Below are positions 14,239-29,582 of a stretch of 64,000 nt of DNA, in pieces (position 1 is the stretch's first letter; each line of letters begins with the position of its first letter). The DNA lies in contig ADNK01001700.1 of NCBI GenBank assembly GCA_000320545.1, positions 21,683 through 85,682 of the forward strand, in the 5' to 3' direction. This stretch comes from Bigelowiella natans CCMP2755 (lineage: Eukaryota > Protista > Cercozoa). The notes under the pieces were generated by a model. That model did no database searches. It worked only from the letters and a program-made list of their open reading frames with translations, and was not told where the DNA came from. A program made the position numbers and the translations under genes.

Positions 14239-16105
14239 AAAGTTGTAGTAGTGCGTATAGAAGAGAGCATGACCAGTCGGGAAGGAGCTCTCTAAATGGA
14301 AACGACTGGAGATTGTGCATCCTTTCAAGCTGAAGCATCAAATGAACGGAGAGCGAGCGCGGTCCTTGCTGCATTCGCTCCATGATGCCTCTGATAATGA
14401 CGGCATACTGGCTATCCGAGAACGTGCGTGATGGAAGGATGCGGTGTATGATGGCACCACAAAATTGTCGGGGCAGATACTGATGCAAGGAAGGCTCATA
14501 GCCTATGAAGTTATCCAGCAATATCTTCAAAGATAGAAACGTTGACCGTCGTACGCGAGGAGGTCTTTGTGCAGCTACGGCATCATCATTGTCGCTCAGT
14601 GCTATTACTTGAAAGTTTGACTTGCTTGTAGAGATGGTGGTGGTCATCATACAGTCTCCTTCTTCTCGGTCTTCTTCGTCTTCTTCATCATCGTAATTGC
14701 ACTTAACGTCGTTGTCGTTATCGTCGTCGTCGTATGGCTCATTCTTACTCCTCCTTTTTGTATTCTTCTTCTTTTCCTTTTTCTTAGTAGTAGTCCCTCG
14801 TTTCCTCTTCTTCTTCTTCTTTTGGGTGCTGGTATCTTGATCTTGTCCTTGTCCTTGTTCTTGTTCTTCTTCTTCTTGTTCTTCTTCTTCGTCAAGTGTC
14901 AACCTAGTCACGGCCGTCCTCTTCCTTTTACTTCTTCGCTCAGCCTTAATAATTCCTACTACTAAACCTACATTCTTTTTGTGCTCATCAGACGTAGTTT
15001 TCGTCGTCGTAGTAGTATCCTCCTCATTCCATAATCTTAGTTCTATTGGCTTCGTAGCGCGTATGGGTAGATCATAGTGTGTGCCCAGGACTCCATCAAC
15101 GCTGCAAACGGTGCGTGCTCCTCTAACCTGATCAACACGTATTGGTAGTGTCATCATTATCATCATCACGACGACAGACATAATAACACACCATCCCATT
15201 TTTTTCTATAATCATTTAGTTTGAATTCTTTAGGGTGGATGGAGGAGAAGGAGGAGGAGGAGGAGAAGGAGGACTGTTATCACCTTCTTAACCGTTCCCG
15301 ATCTCCATTCATTCTCAAATCTAGCCCAAATCTGTTGTCCTATGCTATATTCTTCCCTGATTAGAATGGGACGACGCATGGTGATGATGATGATGATGAT
15401 GATGATGATGTGTTTGAAGAGTAAGAACGATTATTTGAGTAGTGTGTGCATTGCTTACTCAGGGATATATGTCCATAGTTTCTTCTGCTGCTGCTGCTGC
15501 TGTGCCCCCTCTCCATCAAACTTCTCCCAGTATGATGTGTCGCACCGGAGAGTAGGCTTTATCTTCAACTCGTATTTACCGATTCTAATGGTGTCGTTTT
15601 TAGATATCCCCACGTTGGTGTGACGGCTGATAAGCTTTCCATTGACAAATGTGTCTCCCGAGCTTTTAAGCCAAATCTGACAGCAGCAGGCATCCAATGT
15701 AACATCCAATGTATATATGTATGCCTCCATCCCTTTAGCAGTAGTAAGTACCACACACACCTACCTACCTTTTGCTGACAGTCAACTCTGACCTCACAAT
15801 GAATATGCAACACAAGGGGATCATCGTGACAGATCACATCACAACTGGCTCCGCTGGGGTATAAGTACAAAGCCATTATCAGTAAGACTCGAGAGAATTT
15901 GTGGTGATACAAGAAAAGGTACTACTACCATCCGATGAGCCAGACGTGCTTGCATATCGTAAAAGTCAGGCCATTTACCAGCAAATCTGCAACACTTGGA
16001 TAGATCTTCATCATTTTAGACGTCATCGTCAATTTTTTTTCCTGAGAAGAACTTCTTCTTTTTTCATCATCATCATCCGTGCAGTTGTCAGATGGTTCTA
16101 GCGAG

Positions 16106-16137
<32 letters not shown>

Positions 16138-17384
16138 GCCTAATGGCGGCCCAGAGGAGGCTACTACTATTGGTAGTGGAGGTATGGAGATAATCATGTT
16201 TGCTGCTACGACTGCTTTGGTGGACTCTAATGATGGTGATGATGATGATAATGATGATGGTGGCTTTAGAATAGGCGAAGTAATAAGACGACTAGAATCG
16301 GAAAAAACATCCAAGGAAGAAATGGACGATGATTTAGGAACTGCACCATCGCTCTTTGAGGGATGATTCAATCTTTGGTACTTAACAGCCTGTGAGGTGT
16401 TTCCCATCGTCGGACTGAGAAAATTAGTCTTTTCAATATCGCGGTTAACAACTACCGCAGTCTCTGAAGTGGTAGTTCCTCGCTCCTTCTTAATTTTGCC
16501 TAAGTTTGTGTTTTGCTCCGTGTTGACACTGAATGGTACTTTGCTGTCTCGGAACTCACAGACGACGTCGTCATGCCTACACTCTTCTGTCTGCTCTTGA
16601 ACGACCGTGATCTTCCCCCTCTGCTCCTCAGTGGTAGTATCATCATTAAGATGGTCTATAATGGGAAGAACCTGCTTTTCAGGATGATTCCTCGAAGATC
16701 GTCGTGCACATGAGAGCATCTCGACAACAACTTTGCTGTCGTTTGTCCTTCTATCACGTATTGGGTCATAATTTTCCTTGTCGTTTGCCCCAATCCTTTG
16801 AGGATGAATTTGAGCAGGGCTCGAGGTTTGAAGGTCGTGTATTTTGTATGGATACTGATCGTAGCTGTGGTAGCTATTTTTGCAATTTTGTTGCATAATC
16901 GCAAATTTCCTCATATTTTGTGAGGTTTCATTGCACGGGGCTTTGGCCATAGCAACATCTTTGGGTTGAGACTGCACCGAAAACCGTGACAAATAGTCGG
17001 GTGTTTTTCTGTCCTCAATATGGGCTGGATGGAAACCATTGTCCACTGACTCGTGACTTCTTCCAAATCTGCGGTTGGAGAATCCACCTTTGAATACTTC
17101 GGGAGTCTTCATTGACAGGGCCCTGCGAGTTAACACGATAGTAAACATTTAGCACTTTACCACACACTGGTGACAATGATAACCGACCTTGCAACACGGT
17201 CCAGACATTCATTATGACTCTCATGTTTCGCAGCCACTGCTTCTATTGGTGTTGAACTTTCAGAGTATTGTTTAATTTTTTTCTTTGGTTGGGACGGCAG
17301 AGTCTCATCATCATCAATGGTAAGGTCGACTACGATACGTTCCTTCTTCGCCGAAGGTGCAATCGAGCCTGAGACGGTCGCCAT
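13711..17384 (-). CDS. FHA-domain nuclear protein with long disordered regions (multi-exon)
   Basis: ORFs 17157..17426, 15925..17148, 14099..15199 and 13711..14010 share the strand. FHA-like pattern across exons ~15550-15990: VWLIG...CDVICHDDPLVLHIHCEVRVD...WLKSSGDTFVNGKLI...ISKNDTIRIGKYELKI. Lys-rich NLS-like tract and SIM-like motifs (IVVDLTIDDDE, VIALSDNDD). Confidence 0.7.
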
Positions 17385-17559
17385 TTTGAATTCAAAATGT
17401 GGGCAGAAGTCATGTGATTTTTGCATGACGACAACTATTTCTCAGGTTAAAACCTTAGAAACAGAGTTAGCATTGTTATTCTTCCGCCAAAGGGTATCGA
17501 GTTTTGCTAGGGAGAGTCTCCGGGAAGTCTCTAGAAAGTATTCTTCATCGTAGTCAACC

Positions 17560-18442
17560 ATGTCGCCTTTAAAAAATCTAAAATTCTTGTACTACTCGTA
17601 TTAAACAATTATTAGCATAAAACTGGTTGTCGTCTGTTGAAAAACCACTTGCTTTTTTTATCCGCCAACCGCCCCATAAATGCTTGCTTACTAATTTCGC
17701 CAACAGACGAGGGAGGAGGAAGAGGAAACAGGGAAACAACAAATTTGAATTACTCCGAGAGCCTCGGCGATTTCCAAACGGGCCAGCATGGTCATGGTAG
17801 CTTCCTATTTCTGGATGCTACTTATCAGACTAGCCCTTGCGTCGTGGCTGGTAAGCCACTTTCAATTGCACAGTGTCGAATGGATCATCCACATTATTTA
17901 CACAAATATATGATGTACATTTCGCGTATGGAAATGCATGTTTGCCGTATTGCTTGCAGTCTCCACCTCCACCACCATCACCAGCACCACCACCACTTGA
18001 CATCATACACGTAATTATTAACTATCACCAGGGCTCTTAGCTGCTTATCAACTGGTTTACCGAGCTACGAACAAAAAAAAGATAAAAGCACTTCAAATAG
18101 TTCTTGCGTCTTCAACAACAGGAGCAGTGTTTTCGTGCATCTTTCCATTCTCTGGGTAGCAAATTCTTAGAAAAATGATGACATTAGGAACGAATTCCAG
18201 CTAGCCACCATTCTAAATCCCACTATTCGTAAGATTGGGGAAATGGATTGTCTTTGTTTCTGCTTCTAATATCCCCCCACCATTCGATGTGTGTGTGTGT
18301 TTTCAACACGTCAGATTGGTGTTTTTGCAATTATTTGAATACTCAAAGTATGTATACAACTGACTGACATAATTTGAATATTCTACCCGCAGCTGGAAAG
18401 CCATAGTGGTCGCCAGCTCAATACACTATGTAAAAAAATCAT

Positions 18443-18513
<71 letters not shown>

Positions 18514-19638
18514 ATTGGGGGGGGGATAAAATGTAAAGAGACGAGCAGAGTAGTTAATTTATTGAGTTGTGTGAGTCGCACGGTCATGCATGTTTGTGTG
18601 CGTGTGCATGCGCGTGTGTGCATGTGTTGACTGTGTAAAACCATGCCGAGATTGTGATACAATAACTGGATATTGACTCTTAGATAGATACATTTGATAT
18701 TAAGAAGAGGACACAATGTAGAATAATCAGTATGCTTTAATATCACAAACCAACTGAGACCCTGCTGCTGCTGCTGCTGCTGTGTCAAAATATTATTATT
18801 CTAAAGGGCTTGCAGGTGCTTTTTATCGGTTACATGAGCTGGGTTATCGCTACTGGTAACAATTTAAGCAGTAGTGCACAATTACAACAACAACAACAAC
18901 AACAACAGCAGCAGACATTTCAATTGGCTTTTCCACGCTGCTACCTACCAGAAGCACAGCAATAATTATTATATTTTTGTGGACAAAAACCATCATCATG
19001 TGCCAGATATTATATCTCCTTAACAATAGCTACTTCTATGTGTGAAGTTGGTTATTCTCAAGCGTGACCAAATACACTCACATAATACGATATTATAAAG
19101 GATTTTACGGCTCATCAAAGCAAGTTCCTCTAATACATACTGCCGTATTTTACGGTACAAATCGATAGATACTGTGTCGTGCATGTAAATCAAAGGGAAA
19201 TGTGTCAAAAGCACCCCATCATAGACAGTATGAAATGAAAATATGATGCATGCATGCACACATCTTCTTGCGCTACTACGGTCCCAACAACTGTTATCCT
19301 TTCATTCTGTTTTTGCATCTTCGTCATGCATTATTCCTATTTCTCTGACATCTTATTATGACTGTAACATAAGCTGGATTTTTTCTTGCAAGCTTGACTT
19401 TTCACAAAATACTGGGAGATACATGATCTTTCTGCGTACTGATTCAGTCTTAGAGTTGGAGATACATGATCTCTATGCGTACTGATTCAGTCTTAGAGTT
19501 GTATAACTTATAATTGCGTTTTATGGTTTATTCCTCTCTGAATTGGGCTGTTGATATCGTAGTGTGCGTCGGGCTGACATTGCTCTGCAACCTGGTACCG
19601 TGTATTCTCGTCGTCTTACCCATGATTCATTAGGATTC

Positions 19639-19678
<40 letters not shown>

Positions 19679-20105
19679 TGGCTATACATAAAGGCATGCA
19701 TCTTGTGAAAAGTGCAGGTAAGAATTTGTACCAAAATACATCATATGGAGAACGAACAACGTATGGTCAACTGTTGATATCTGACAGTGTTTCTGTTGTG
19801 AGGAGATAGAGAATAGGTTGTATGCAAGAATACAAGAAAGGGCTAATGATTACACCTACTCCTTTCACAGACGACCACCATTCTGTTGTTGGTTTCGAAC
19901 AAGCCTCAATACAATGCACTTAGGATAGGAGGAATGGTGAGTGTTTGTACATATTGCATTATACTACTACTACTACTACTACTACAACTACTACTAGATA
20001 TTGCATTATAATTGCTAGTTGTACACCGGGGAAGGAATAACCACACAAGAGGGTTATGTGGCCACCATTTGTTCCACCGGACAATGATCTTATGTATTGC
20101 ATATA

Positions 20106-20145
<40 letters not shown>

Positions 20146-20817
20146 TGTGTGTGTGTTGGTATAATGAAATCTTCTCACCTCCCCATACCTTCTAAAGCAA
20201 ATGTTTCCTTTCTCTTCTCGACCAACAAACTCTTGGCTTGTAGTATCATCATCATCATCATCATCATCATCATTATCATCATTTTGCTGTGCTACAGCTA
20301 TCTTTGCATGTATATGATGCTCTACTATATCAAATTCTTGTAATCATTATTGTGTTTTCTCAAAGTTCTTCTTCCCCATTAAATATAGATCATGTTCATG
20401 TCCGTATTCTTGCTTTACTTGGTCTTTTTCCTTCATCGCCATAGGTTCAGCAAACAATGCCCACTTATAGCCATTGCTTTATTTAAATTTGCAAAATACC
20501 AAAATCAAGTATGAGAATTCGTATTTGAATTAGTTGTTTATTTGTGTACGTCTTGCAGAATAAGATTCATAAACTCGCAAAAGAGCCTCAAAGGATGCCG
20601 GAGAAAGTCTGTTAAAATATCGAAAATAGGGGGAAAGTAGGGGGAGGGGGGACATTAGTCTTTGCTATTTGTTTTGAAAGATAATGATCTCTTACTATCT
20701 CCATAAATGAATTGCACAACTCTTTGAGTCGTTTGATCGGCCCTTTTTTCCAACTTCAATACCGACGTGTTGATCTGCATCATACCGATATACTGTCTTA
20801 GACATGAATACTATAAG

Positions 20818-20857
<40 letters not shown>

Positions 20858-20903
20858 AATATATAATAAATATATATATTTGTGTGTGTGTGTGTGTGTG
20901 TGT

Positions 20904-20947
<44 letters not shown>

Positions 20948-22494
20948 GAGTGTCTGTGTGTGCGCGCTATGTATGTCGTTAATTTATGTTGATTTTGGTC
21001 GTCATGTACGGATAATCCCACTACTAAGCTTCCAATCGCCCTGCCTTCTCCCCCCCTCTCGTCCACCGCAGCAAATTAGTAGTAGAGCCTCCTCCTCTTG
21101 AGCAAGACAAAGAGAAGAAACAGCACACCCTCGGCTGCAGCAGCAGCAGAAGTAGCCCCTGCATCGTTTCACCCTCTTATAATAATAATATCCCAAGAAG
21201 ATCTCTCTTGTCGGGGGCAGCAGGACCAACAACAAAATTAGAACGCAATCTCACAGTCACTGCTACATCGGGGAAGGAGATCCAACAAAGGTCATTTCTC
21301 CATATACATGCATGCAGCAAATGTAGTAGCAGTAGTAGGAGTAGTAGTATCCCTTTCTACCTCTCTTGAGCCCCCCTCTCCCTTCACCCTCGTCGTGTGT
21401 GTTTGTAGCAATCTGTGACGCATATTTGGGTGCATATTCATATACTTGGTTGGTGTGTTTGGTGGTCCTTCCCAATTTCCATCACCAGCCTTTTTCTCTT
21501 CTTCGCATCTTAACCCTTAACTATGCTGTTACTGCTGCAATGCTCAATTCGTCGTCCACAGCACTCAATTGACATTGAAAAGAATGGTTATTCCTCCTCA
21601 CGAGTTTCTTCCAACACTCATATTGTTGTATCTCTCTCTATCTATTTCGCAGCAGCGGCATTTGCAACCCATCATCTGCAAGTTCCACACAACCAAATAA
21701 TTCTTATTCTCCAAGGCAGCAGCATATATCCGCATCATCCCCTCGGATAATCCTGAACAACTACACCTCCTACGTACACGTCTCTAATGGCCCCAATAGG
21801 TTGTTGTTACTGCTGCTGCTGCTGCTGCTGCTGCTATTTTTGCTGGCGTTGACCCACAAGCAGATTCTTGTAGTAGCACCCCTACTTCAGATCTTGTACT
21901 TATTGATCGACGTAAGCAGCAATGATGCCTTATATTCACAATGATGAGAGCAATGGTGCTTTGTGCTAAAGACACTGCTTTTAACGGCATTGCCATCCAG
22001 CTTCTTCCACAAATTCAGCACACGTTGTTGTTGTTATTTTTTTATGGGTGCTAAACTCCAAGAATAACGATCTGGCTCTTGTGTGTGTTTCAATACTTTT
22101 GCGTATTATTGATAATTACTATTCTTATTCTTATTCTTATTCTTATTATGTGTATGCGTGTGCAGCAGCAGAAACATATCCAGTAGATTGAAGACGCTGA
22201 TCTTCCTTTTCTCCCTCTTTGGCACTGTGACTCTAGTCCTTGGTAAGAAGAAGAAGAAGAAGAAGAAAAAGAAGAAGAAGAATACCCATTCCTTCCCTAA
22301 CCCTAACGTCCTCATCCCTTCGATGATTTCGCTTGAATTCCGTTGTTTATTGCTCCGATGTTACATTCTTTTTATTCTTCTTGTTATCAATATTTTGGTA
22401 TATATTGGCTTCTAGGTGTCGGACTTATGATTAGGAATTTTTACATCAGAAATACAAATTATAGGTTAATTAACATACGTGCACATTTACTTGT

Positions 22495-22532
<38 letters not shown>

Positions 22533-22581
22533 CAATATATATATTTAAATCATTGTGAAAGACATTTAAATATATGTTGTG

Positions 22582-22614
<33 letters not shown>

Positions 22615-23350
22615 TTAGATATAAGTCATTTGGAAAGGAAGAAATAGAGAGGAGAAGAATATTGAATTTTCATATATCTACAAAATTAAAATTGAAGTGC
22701 TCCTATTTTCTAATCTTTCGTCCTGTTCGTTAAGATCTGCAGCTACTTACCATTGTAATGATAATATTGATGATGATGATGATGATAATGATGATGATGA
22801 TCTACATATCTTCCTATCAGTGACCACATGGATATCCGTCTCGGGTCTATCACTTTTGTGCTTACGTTTAGCAGCATATTCCTCACGCTCTATTATGGCT
22901 GGACGGTATTATGAACTAGAATATTATATAAATTGTAATATGTTTTATGGCCGGTGACACGCGCCCCGCTTGTTGACCGGGGATTGCCAGAATGGGTTTC
23001 TTTCTTATTCCAACAACATTCATCACGTCATCCCAAGAAGAGTATGTTGTTTATATGTTATTTATTACCCTAAATGATGCTGATATTATGTGTGTCGGTC
23101 GATGATACTAATATGCCAGCTTCCAAGAGGGAAATTGAAGGAGGAGACCAACTCCCAGCTCAATAATAATTGTAGACGTCAGTGTGATGCCAAGAGAGCT
23201 GTGGCCAACTCTTCCCCTCGTGCATGCATCCTGCTACCTTCACAGCAGCAGCATTCCCAAAGAAGATCGTTCCATGTTTCACACGGCACAGACGCTGCTG
23301 ATGTTGATGATGCTGGACAAGAACATCCCTCTTCTCTACGCAGCATATAG
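17560..23350 (+). CDS. Probable multi-pass (7TM-like) membrane protein of unknown family; exon structure only partly resolved, start uncertain
   Basis: Chain of short GT-AG-bounded + strand segments with hydrophobic translations (GLQVLFIGYMSWVIAT ~18808; IMFMSVFLLYLVFFLHRH ~20389; RLKTLIFLFSLFGTVTLVLG|VGLMIRNFY ~22171-22463; ITFVLTFSSIFLTLYYGWT ~22821-22905), then a hydrophilic terminal exon ~23120-23350. Confidence 0.5.
18445..18508. repeat. (GA)n microsatellite, one example of dozens of (TA)n, (CA)n, (GA)n, (TAC)n, (GAT)n, (CAA)n and (CTG)n tracts in introns at 4-32 kb and 52.8-64 kb
   Basis: Directly visible perfect dinucleotide run. Similar runs occur in most introns outside ~33-52.8 kb. 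Confidence 0.95.
19415..19500. repeat. 43-bp tandem duplication (2 copies, 2 mismatches)
   Basis: ggagatacatgatctttctgcgtactgattcagtcttagagtt (19415-19457) followed directly by ggagatacatgatctctatgcgtactgattcagtcttagagtt (19458-19500). Confidence 0.95.
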
Positions 23351-23612
23351 TAATCATACTGTGATTCTTAAGGAGAGAACATTTACTTTTCTGAACTTAA
23401 TTAATGGAAGTTAAGTCCACCAACAAATGAAAATCCAGCCCTACGATATCTGGGTAGCGTGCAACATTCCGCACATGTCAATGGGATGGCGGTCTTAATA
23501 CTGCTGTCTTTCTAGTTTCTCGACGGTGGAATACACAATCAATCATAATTAGTAATAAGAAGTAGTCGCCTACTTGGTGATGGCTGTTTATTATTTTATC
23601 ATGATCAATTTG

Positions 23613-23647
<35 letters not shown>

Positions 23648-24524
23648 GTCACATAGCTACCAGGCAACCAACCTAAAGGCTAGAAGGGCGCGCAAACGTC
23701 CAGCCATTCACCGTGCTAGCATGCTACAGCATGCGACGCAATATTCTAGCATTACTAGCTACGGGTTGTAGATGAAGGCTGATGTGTTAATCTCTCGAAG
23801 TCACATGAAACGTACACTTTATGTACCAGTTTAGCATCTTCACTGACGTGTGCTAATCCTGCATACGCGGCATTGTCATTTTAATAATCAAAGTATGCGC
23901 ATCGTACTACTAGCGTGGCAAAGGCTTATTTCTTAATTATTTGTGCAGCGAGATTTTTGGTTGGCTCCTAATAAGTCAATATATATTGTTATTCATCCAT
24001 GCACACATACAAACACGTTGCGGGCGAGGGCATTCTAGCATGCTATAGCATGCATGGCCCTCATGCATGGACACTAATAACGCTAAAGGAATCATGAAAG
24101 TGGATAAATGCGCTGGAGTATCATCAACGTTTATGGCCAGAATATGTGTAAGTCAACGTGCTAGAAACAAATTTCGTTTTGTTGTTTTCTGCTAGTATTA
24201 TGTGTGCGCACGTACGTACGACATATACGTACTCGTTTTTCGGCCAAATAAATAAAGCAGATCTATCTAGCAATAATCCCTTAATTTTGATATGTTTTAA
24301 GTGCTATTTCAGACGACGATAGACATAATGTGCTGTACGTCGTCGCACATGTACTGCACTACTATAACTACTACTACTACTATTACTACTACTACCTACT
24401 ACTACTACTAGGACTATCATCGTATCATACATGTTCTCCCAGGTGCGTCTATTACCCATAATATATAACTGCCGGATATGCTGCTTTTCTTAGCTTGCAT
24501 TCTGGCACTTCCATGTTATAGTCC

Positions 24525-24559
<35 letters not shown>

Positions 24560-24591
24560 CATAATACCATCGTTATATTACTATCATACTT

Positions 24592-25358
24592 TTAATATCT
24601 ACTATCCTCTTGAAGGAGAGCAACCTGCGTTTATGATAGCAAAAGCAGGCAAGTAGCAGAGGGGACAAGAAGGAATGGGTGAATAAGAAGGAGGAAAACA
24701 TGGACGAAGGTGATAACCAATATCATTTTTCTTTGAATTGACGAGTGATGATAGATAAAGAATGATGATTGATGTCATCAATGTTTGTTCTTACCAATGC
24801 CCCAAACAGCTCAGGAGCTGAAGGAACGTCGTTACGCTGTGTCGGTTGCTCTCGAGAGATTCTTCTAAGCATACCATCCACTGCCACCATAATCCATCCA
24901 ACAGATTGAGCATATCTGTAGTAGTAGTAGTAGTAGTAGTAGTAGTTGTTGTTTGTCAAGAACAAGCACCAGATGATTCTCTCCTTGAATTGTTACGAGA
25001 CAATATTCTCTACTCTCTTAGAGAGTGTAAGTAGCAGCTAGTACCTGGTAGGAGGGCGCATGCTTGGATTTCGATATGTAGTTTCAGCAGTAGTATCCTT
25101 GTCTCCATTGAGAACAACATCAGGAGGAATTACCTTGTTGTTGTTGTTGTTGTTGTTGTTGGAAACAGCAGTAGGAGAGGAGATTCCAGCAGTAGACAAT
25201 GGTGGTGGTGTAATAGTAGCTGCAAGATTTACGTTAGCACTACTTTTAGTGTTATCAATGTTGTTGTTGTTGTTGTTGTTGTTGTTGCGTCGTATGGAAG
25301 ATAGTGAGAGGGGGGCGGAGGGGTCCGAGATGCCGTGCTCCGAACCGTCAAATGTAGA

Positions 25359-25395
<37 letters not shown>

Positions 25396-26769
25396 CTTCT
25401 AGGAGGAAGTTTTCCCAAACTTCTTTTGTCTGGTGGCCACACCTGAAATTGGTGGAGAAAACCAATGCCAGAAGGAGAGTAAGTAACCCATACAATAAGC
25501 CGTACATGCTAGCATGATGGCACAGTACTACTATGATTATTAGTGATGAATACAATAGTAAACATTAACATCAAATAGTAGCAAACCAGTACGTCGTCAT
25601 AAATAAGTCTTTATACATTTATATCATTAGTTGTTCTTCTTACTACTACTATTACTACCGTGCCAACGTGATCAAGCTCACTTTCATACCGTACCACACT
25701 TGAACCTGGGATTTCTGCATCCTCAGGAATCACCAAACCATCGTTGGCTTTGCCATATCTGATGAGCAGATGGCGGAGGGAGGGAAGGGTAGGGAGAGGG
25801 AGATTGGTGAGGAGGGCGGCGCAGCGAGCAGCTTATGTTTAACACACTACTATGTAAGTACAGCATTTGTGTGTTAGTGTGTGTCTCTCTCCCCCCCCCC
25901 CCCCCCCCCCCCTCTCTCTCTTTCTGTGTTTGTGTGTGCGTGTGTGGACAAGTACACTGGATAATGAGTTGTGGCATCATCATCATCACCTTTTTTTAAC
26001 ATATCGTGTCAAGATCTGCTGGATACTAAAACACAAACAAAATAACAATTAAACGAATATTTGGACATGATTGTAATATGTAGGAGCATAGAGAAGGTGT
26101 GCGTTAGAGGGTGACGAAGTTATATGAGACTCATCATATCTCTCCTCATTCCTTTGTTGCTCATATTTGCAATCAATAAGGTGCTTTCCCGTGAAGAGAA
26201 ACAACAAGAAGAAGAAGAATGGGACACAAAGTGATTTATATAAGCGGAAGGTGTTGATTGACTACTAGTAGTACCTTGTTGGAGAGTTGGTGCTGCTGTG
26301 AAAAGATACTGTAGCAATGTTCGGGGGTAACGGATGTCTAATGTTGTTGTTGTTGTTGTTCTTGTTGTTGTTATTTATAGCATAAACAATTAGAAAGAAC
26401 CATGCACTTGGTCATTTGTTAGCTATTTTATCGTGATGCTATTCTTCGGCATGTGTTACGGTAGATAGATCGTCGGCGCTCTTAATACTTATTAATAAGT
26501 GTAGTAGTAGTAGTAGTAGTAGCAGTAGTAGTTGTTGTTGTTGTAGGAAATAATTACTTGCTGAGGAAATCCCGTCTGCTTTGATACATCATATCTAAGA
26601 CAGACTGCCAACTACCTCGTACATACTGATGGGAGAGGAGAGAAGAGGAGAGCAGGAGGACCAACAACAACGAAGACAATAGAATAATTATCAAACACAA
26701 ATCATCTCAAGTACAAGAAGAAAGAGGGGGGGGAGAACTTTAAATCTTCATAAGCACGTGCAGATTCTC

Positions 26770-26809
<40 letters not shown>

Positions 26810-27420
26810 ACACACAGACAACACAAACAACACCTTTCTCATCCAATGTGCAAGCGTATAATGAACAGGGTCTCCTGTTAAATCCGTGGCCAAAGGAGCA
26901 CCTGGTATTGCATGCATGTACGTGTGCAATTATTCAGAAACAAAGTCTTTCCTGAATCTAACCCCGCCCCTCCTTTCTTGCTATCGATCTTCCTCCTCCT
27001 TCTTCCCCTTCTTCTTCTTCTTCTTTTTCTAAACCAAACTTGTCCACCTCCAAATGGACACTGGCAGAATACAATGCCTCGTACTGCCAACAACAACAAC
27101 AACAACACAACAACGACGTACGCAGAAAGAGGAGGAAAAGGGGGGGGGTTAGTAGCAATAAAACAGATATTACTGCTCGTGATTCCTCCCTTAGGGAAAG
27201 AGAAAGAGAAGGAGAAAGAGAGAGGGCACGCAGGATGATGCTTATATATACTGCTGGTGCCTCCCCACAAATGTAAACAGTAGTACTACTGGTACCTATA
27301 TCTTGTAGTTCATCTTGGTAGAGAGATAAGGCTGCTGCAGAGTCTATGCCTCCCTGAATAATAAGGGAATACACACCATCACAACGAATAGTACCAACTA
27401 CAATGTTTCTCAAATACGTA

Positions 27421-27462
<42 letters not shown>

Positions 27463-27753
27463 TCTGCCCCTATCATCTGAACAGAAGTAGACGACTCAGC
27501 AGCCTGCGACGATATTCTATTTTGGAGCAAGGTGGTGCTTTTCCTCTTCTATTCCTTACTATGCAAGTCCTCCCTCCTTCTCTCTCCTCTCCTTATTCAT
27601 TAGGATCATCATCATTATCATCATTATCATCACCATCATCACTTTGTTATAACAACAACCAATTCACCTTGCTGTGTGTGACCAAGACGACTTTCTTTTG
27701 AGTCGCCGAGTAAGCGTCGATGATCTCTCTCCTTTGATGACAAGTACATTATA

Positions 27754-27802
<49 letters not shown>

Positions 27803-28685
27803 GTTATTAATAAATATATCGTTGATAATATGTATATCTTATTCGTTTGATGGTAGTACCGAATTGCGGCCGCATTTTCATAAACACCACTTGCTCCTCC
27901 CACCTAAGAGAGATTCAATCACATACATAAATCATAAATACTGTACTTGTTAAATATAGCTCATCACTATTATTATTCAGTGCTGCAGCAGTAACACTCA
28001 CACATACACACCTACCTATCTACCTACCCTACCCTACCCTACCTGTGAGCAAAGCTTTGCTTGAAGACCTGCCTTTCTAAAAGCATTCACGGTGCTATCG
28101 AAGTACGCCTTTGTACACCACCACCACCACCACCACCAGCAGCAGCAGGAAGGATAAGGAACATGAGGAGGAGGAGGAGGAGGAGAAGGGGGTTAGTGCG
28201 GATGGGGATTTTAGCAAATCATAGTAGGGTTAAACATTTGTAGATTGGGTTGATCATGACGATGACGATGATGACGATGATGATGATGATGATGATGATG
28301 ACGATGATGGAAACAAGGGGCAAGATAATGATGATGGTAATTGCAGAGCAAAGCACGGTGTTTTTAGTGTCGTACGTGCGTTTGTGTATGCGTGGTCTCG
28401 CAATAATACCGGATATATCTGCCAAAGAAATCCCGGCACGAAGACGTAGTATACATCGTTGCGGAGTAATGAATATCCGGAAGGATCATCCTCCTCCCCT
28501 TCCTTCCTCTTCATACCGGCAATATCATCACCTTCCTTTTCCTGTATCATCATTGCAAATGAGAACGTCGATTTGTGGTATAAAAACACGAACGATGATA
28601 AAAAGGACAACTTGCGGCAGGTTTGACCACATATGCAGCACAGGTGAAAAACACTACTCTATCTCCCCCTCCTCCTTGATTGGAC

Positions 28686-28719
<34 letters not shown>

Positions 28720-28739
28720 GCTCTCTTTTATATGTTATA

Positions 28740-28776
<37 letters not shown>

Positions 28777-29549
28777 GTAGTCCGCACATGCTCCTGAGGT
28801 AGTAGTTGCATCCTCGATAGAAGCGTGTGAAATCGGTTAGTTTTGTCCTCGACGGGGGGGAGGGAAGGATCCCGTTTCAGCCATCCGATGTATTCCTCTG
28901 CTAGTTTACGAGACTCTGCTCGAGAAAGCAGCACAGAGAGCAGTGCAAATGGGACTTTCACTTTGTCAATCAAACCTGTTCCTGGCGGACCGTCGCCACC
29001 CCCCCCACGGCTAAATCTGCGTAACAAAAGTATATGATGCAATAACTAATTTATTGAATATGTGTGTGCTTTCAATGTATGTATATATTTTTGGTGGTGA
29101 GGGGGGAGGAGTCGGGGAGGTGAGGGCACCAGCACCTCGCTCAATAAGTGGGTTGTGGAAAAGATTTGGAAAAACAGAAGAAGAATCTATGGGTACTTGT
29201 CCTCTGCGTGATAGTGATAATAATAATAATAATAATGATAATTAAAATGATGATCATAAATGGCTGGTTTTGGTGGTGGTGTATCATGTTGTTACGTACG
29301 TTTTGGCCATTGCGCTAGATTCAGCTTCTGCTATAGCTCTGCTGGCCTCTTCTAGCACTCTATCGAGCAGCGACTGCTCTCTCCTAATCAATCACGTCAT
29401 AAAAGTACACATACTTTACGAAAAGATGCAAAGAATTGTGTGGGAAGGGGGAGGGAGGATGAATGGAGGGACCTTAAACGACGCTGCGAGTACTTTAGAC
29501 TTGATTTAAACCCTCGAAGACGTATAGAAGCCCTTGCCATTTCCGACTA

Positions 29550-29582
<33 letters not shown>

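Noticed and set aside
19415-19500. 43-bp direct repeat as a possible CRISPR-like array
   Set aside because: Only two adjacent copies, no spacer, eukaryotic intronic context; a simple tandem duplication.
22295-22306. CCCTAACCCTAA telomere-like motif
   Set aside because: Only two units within an intron; not distinguishable from chance.
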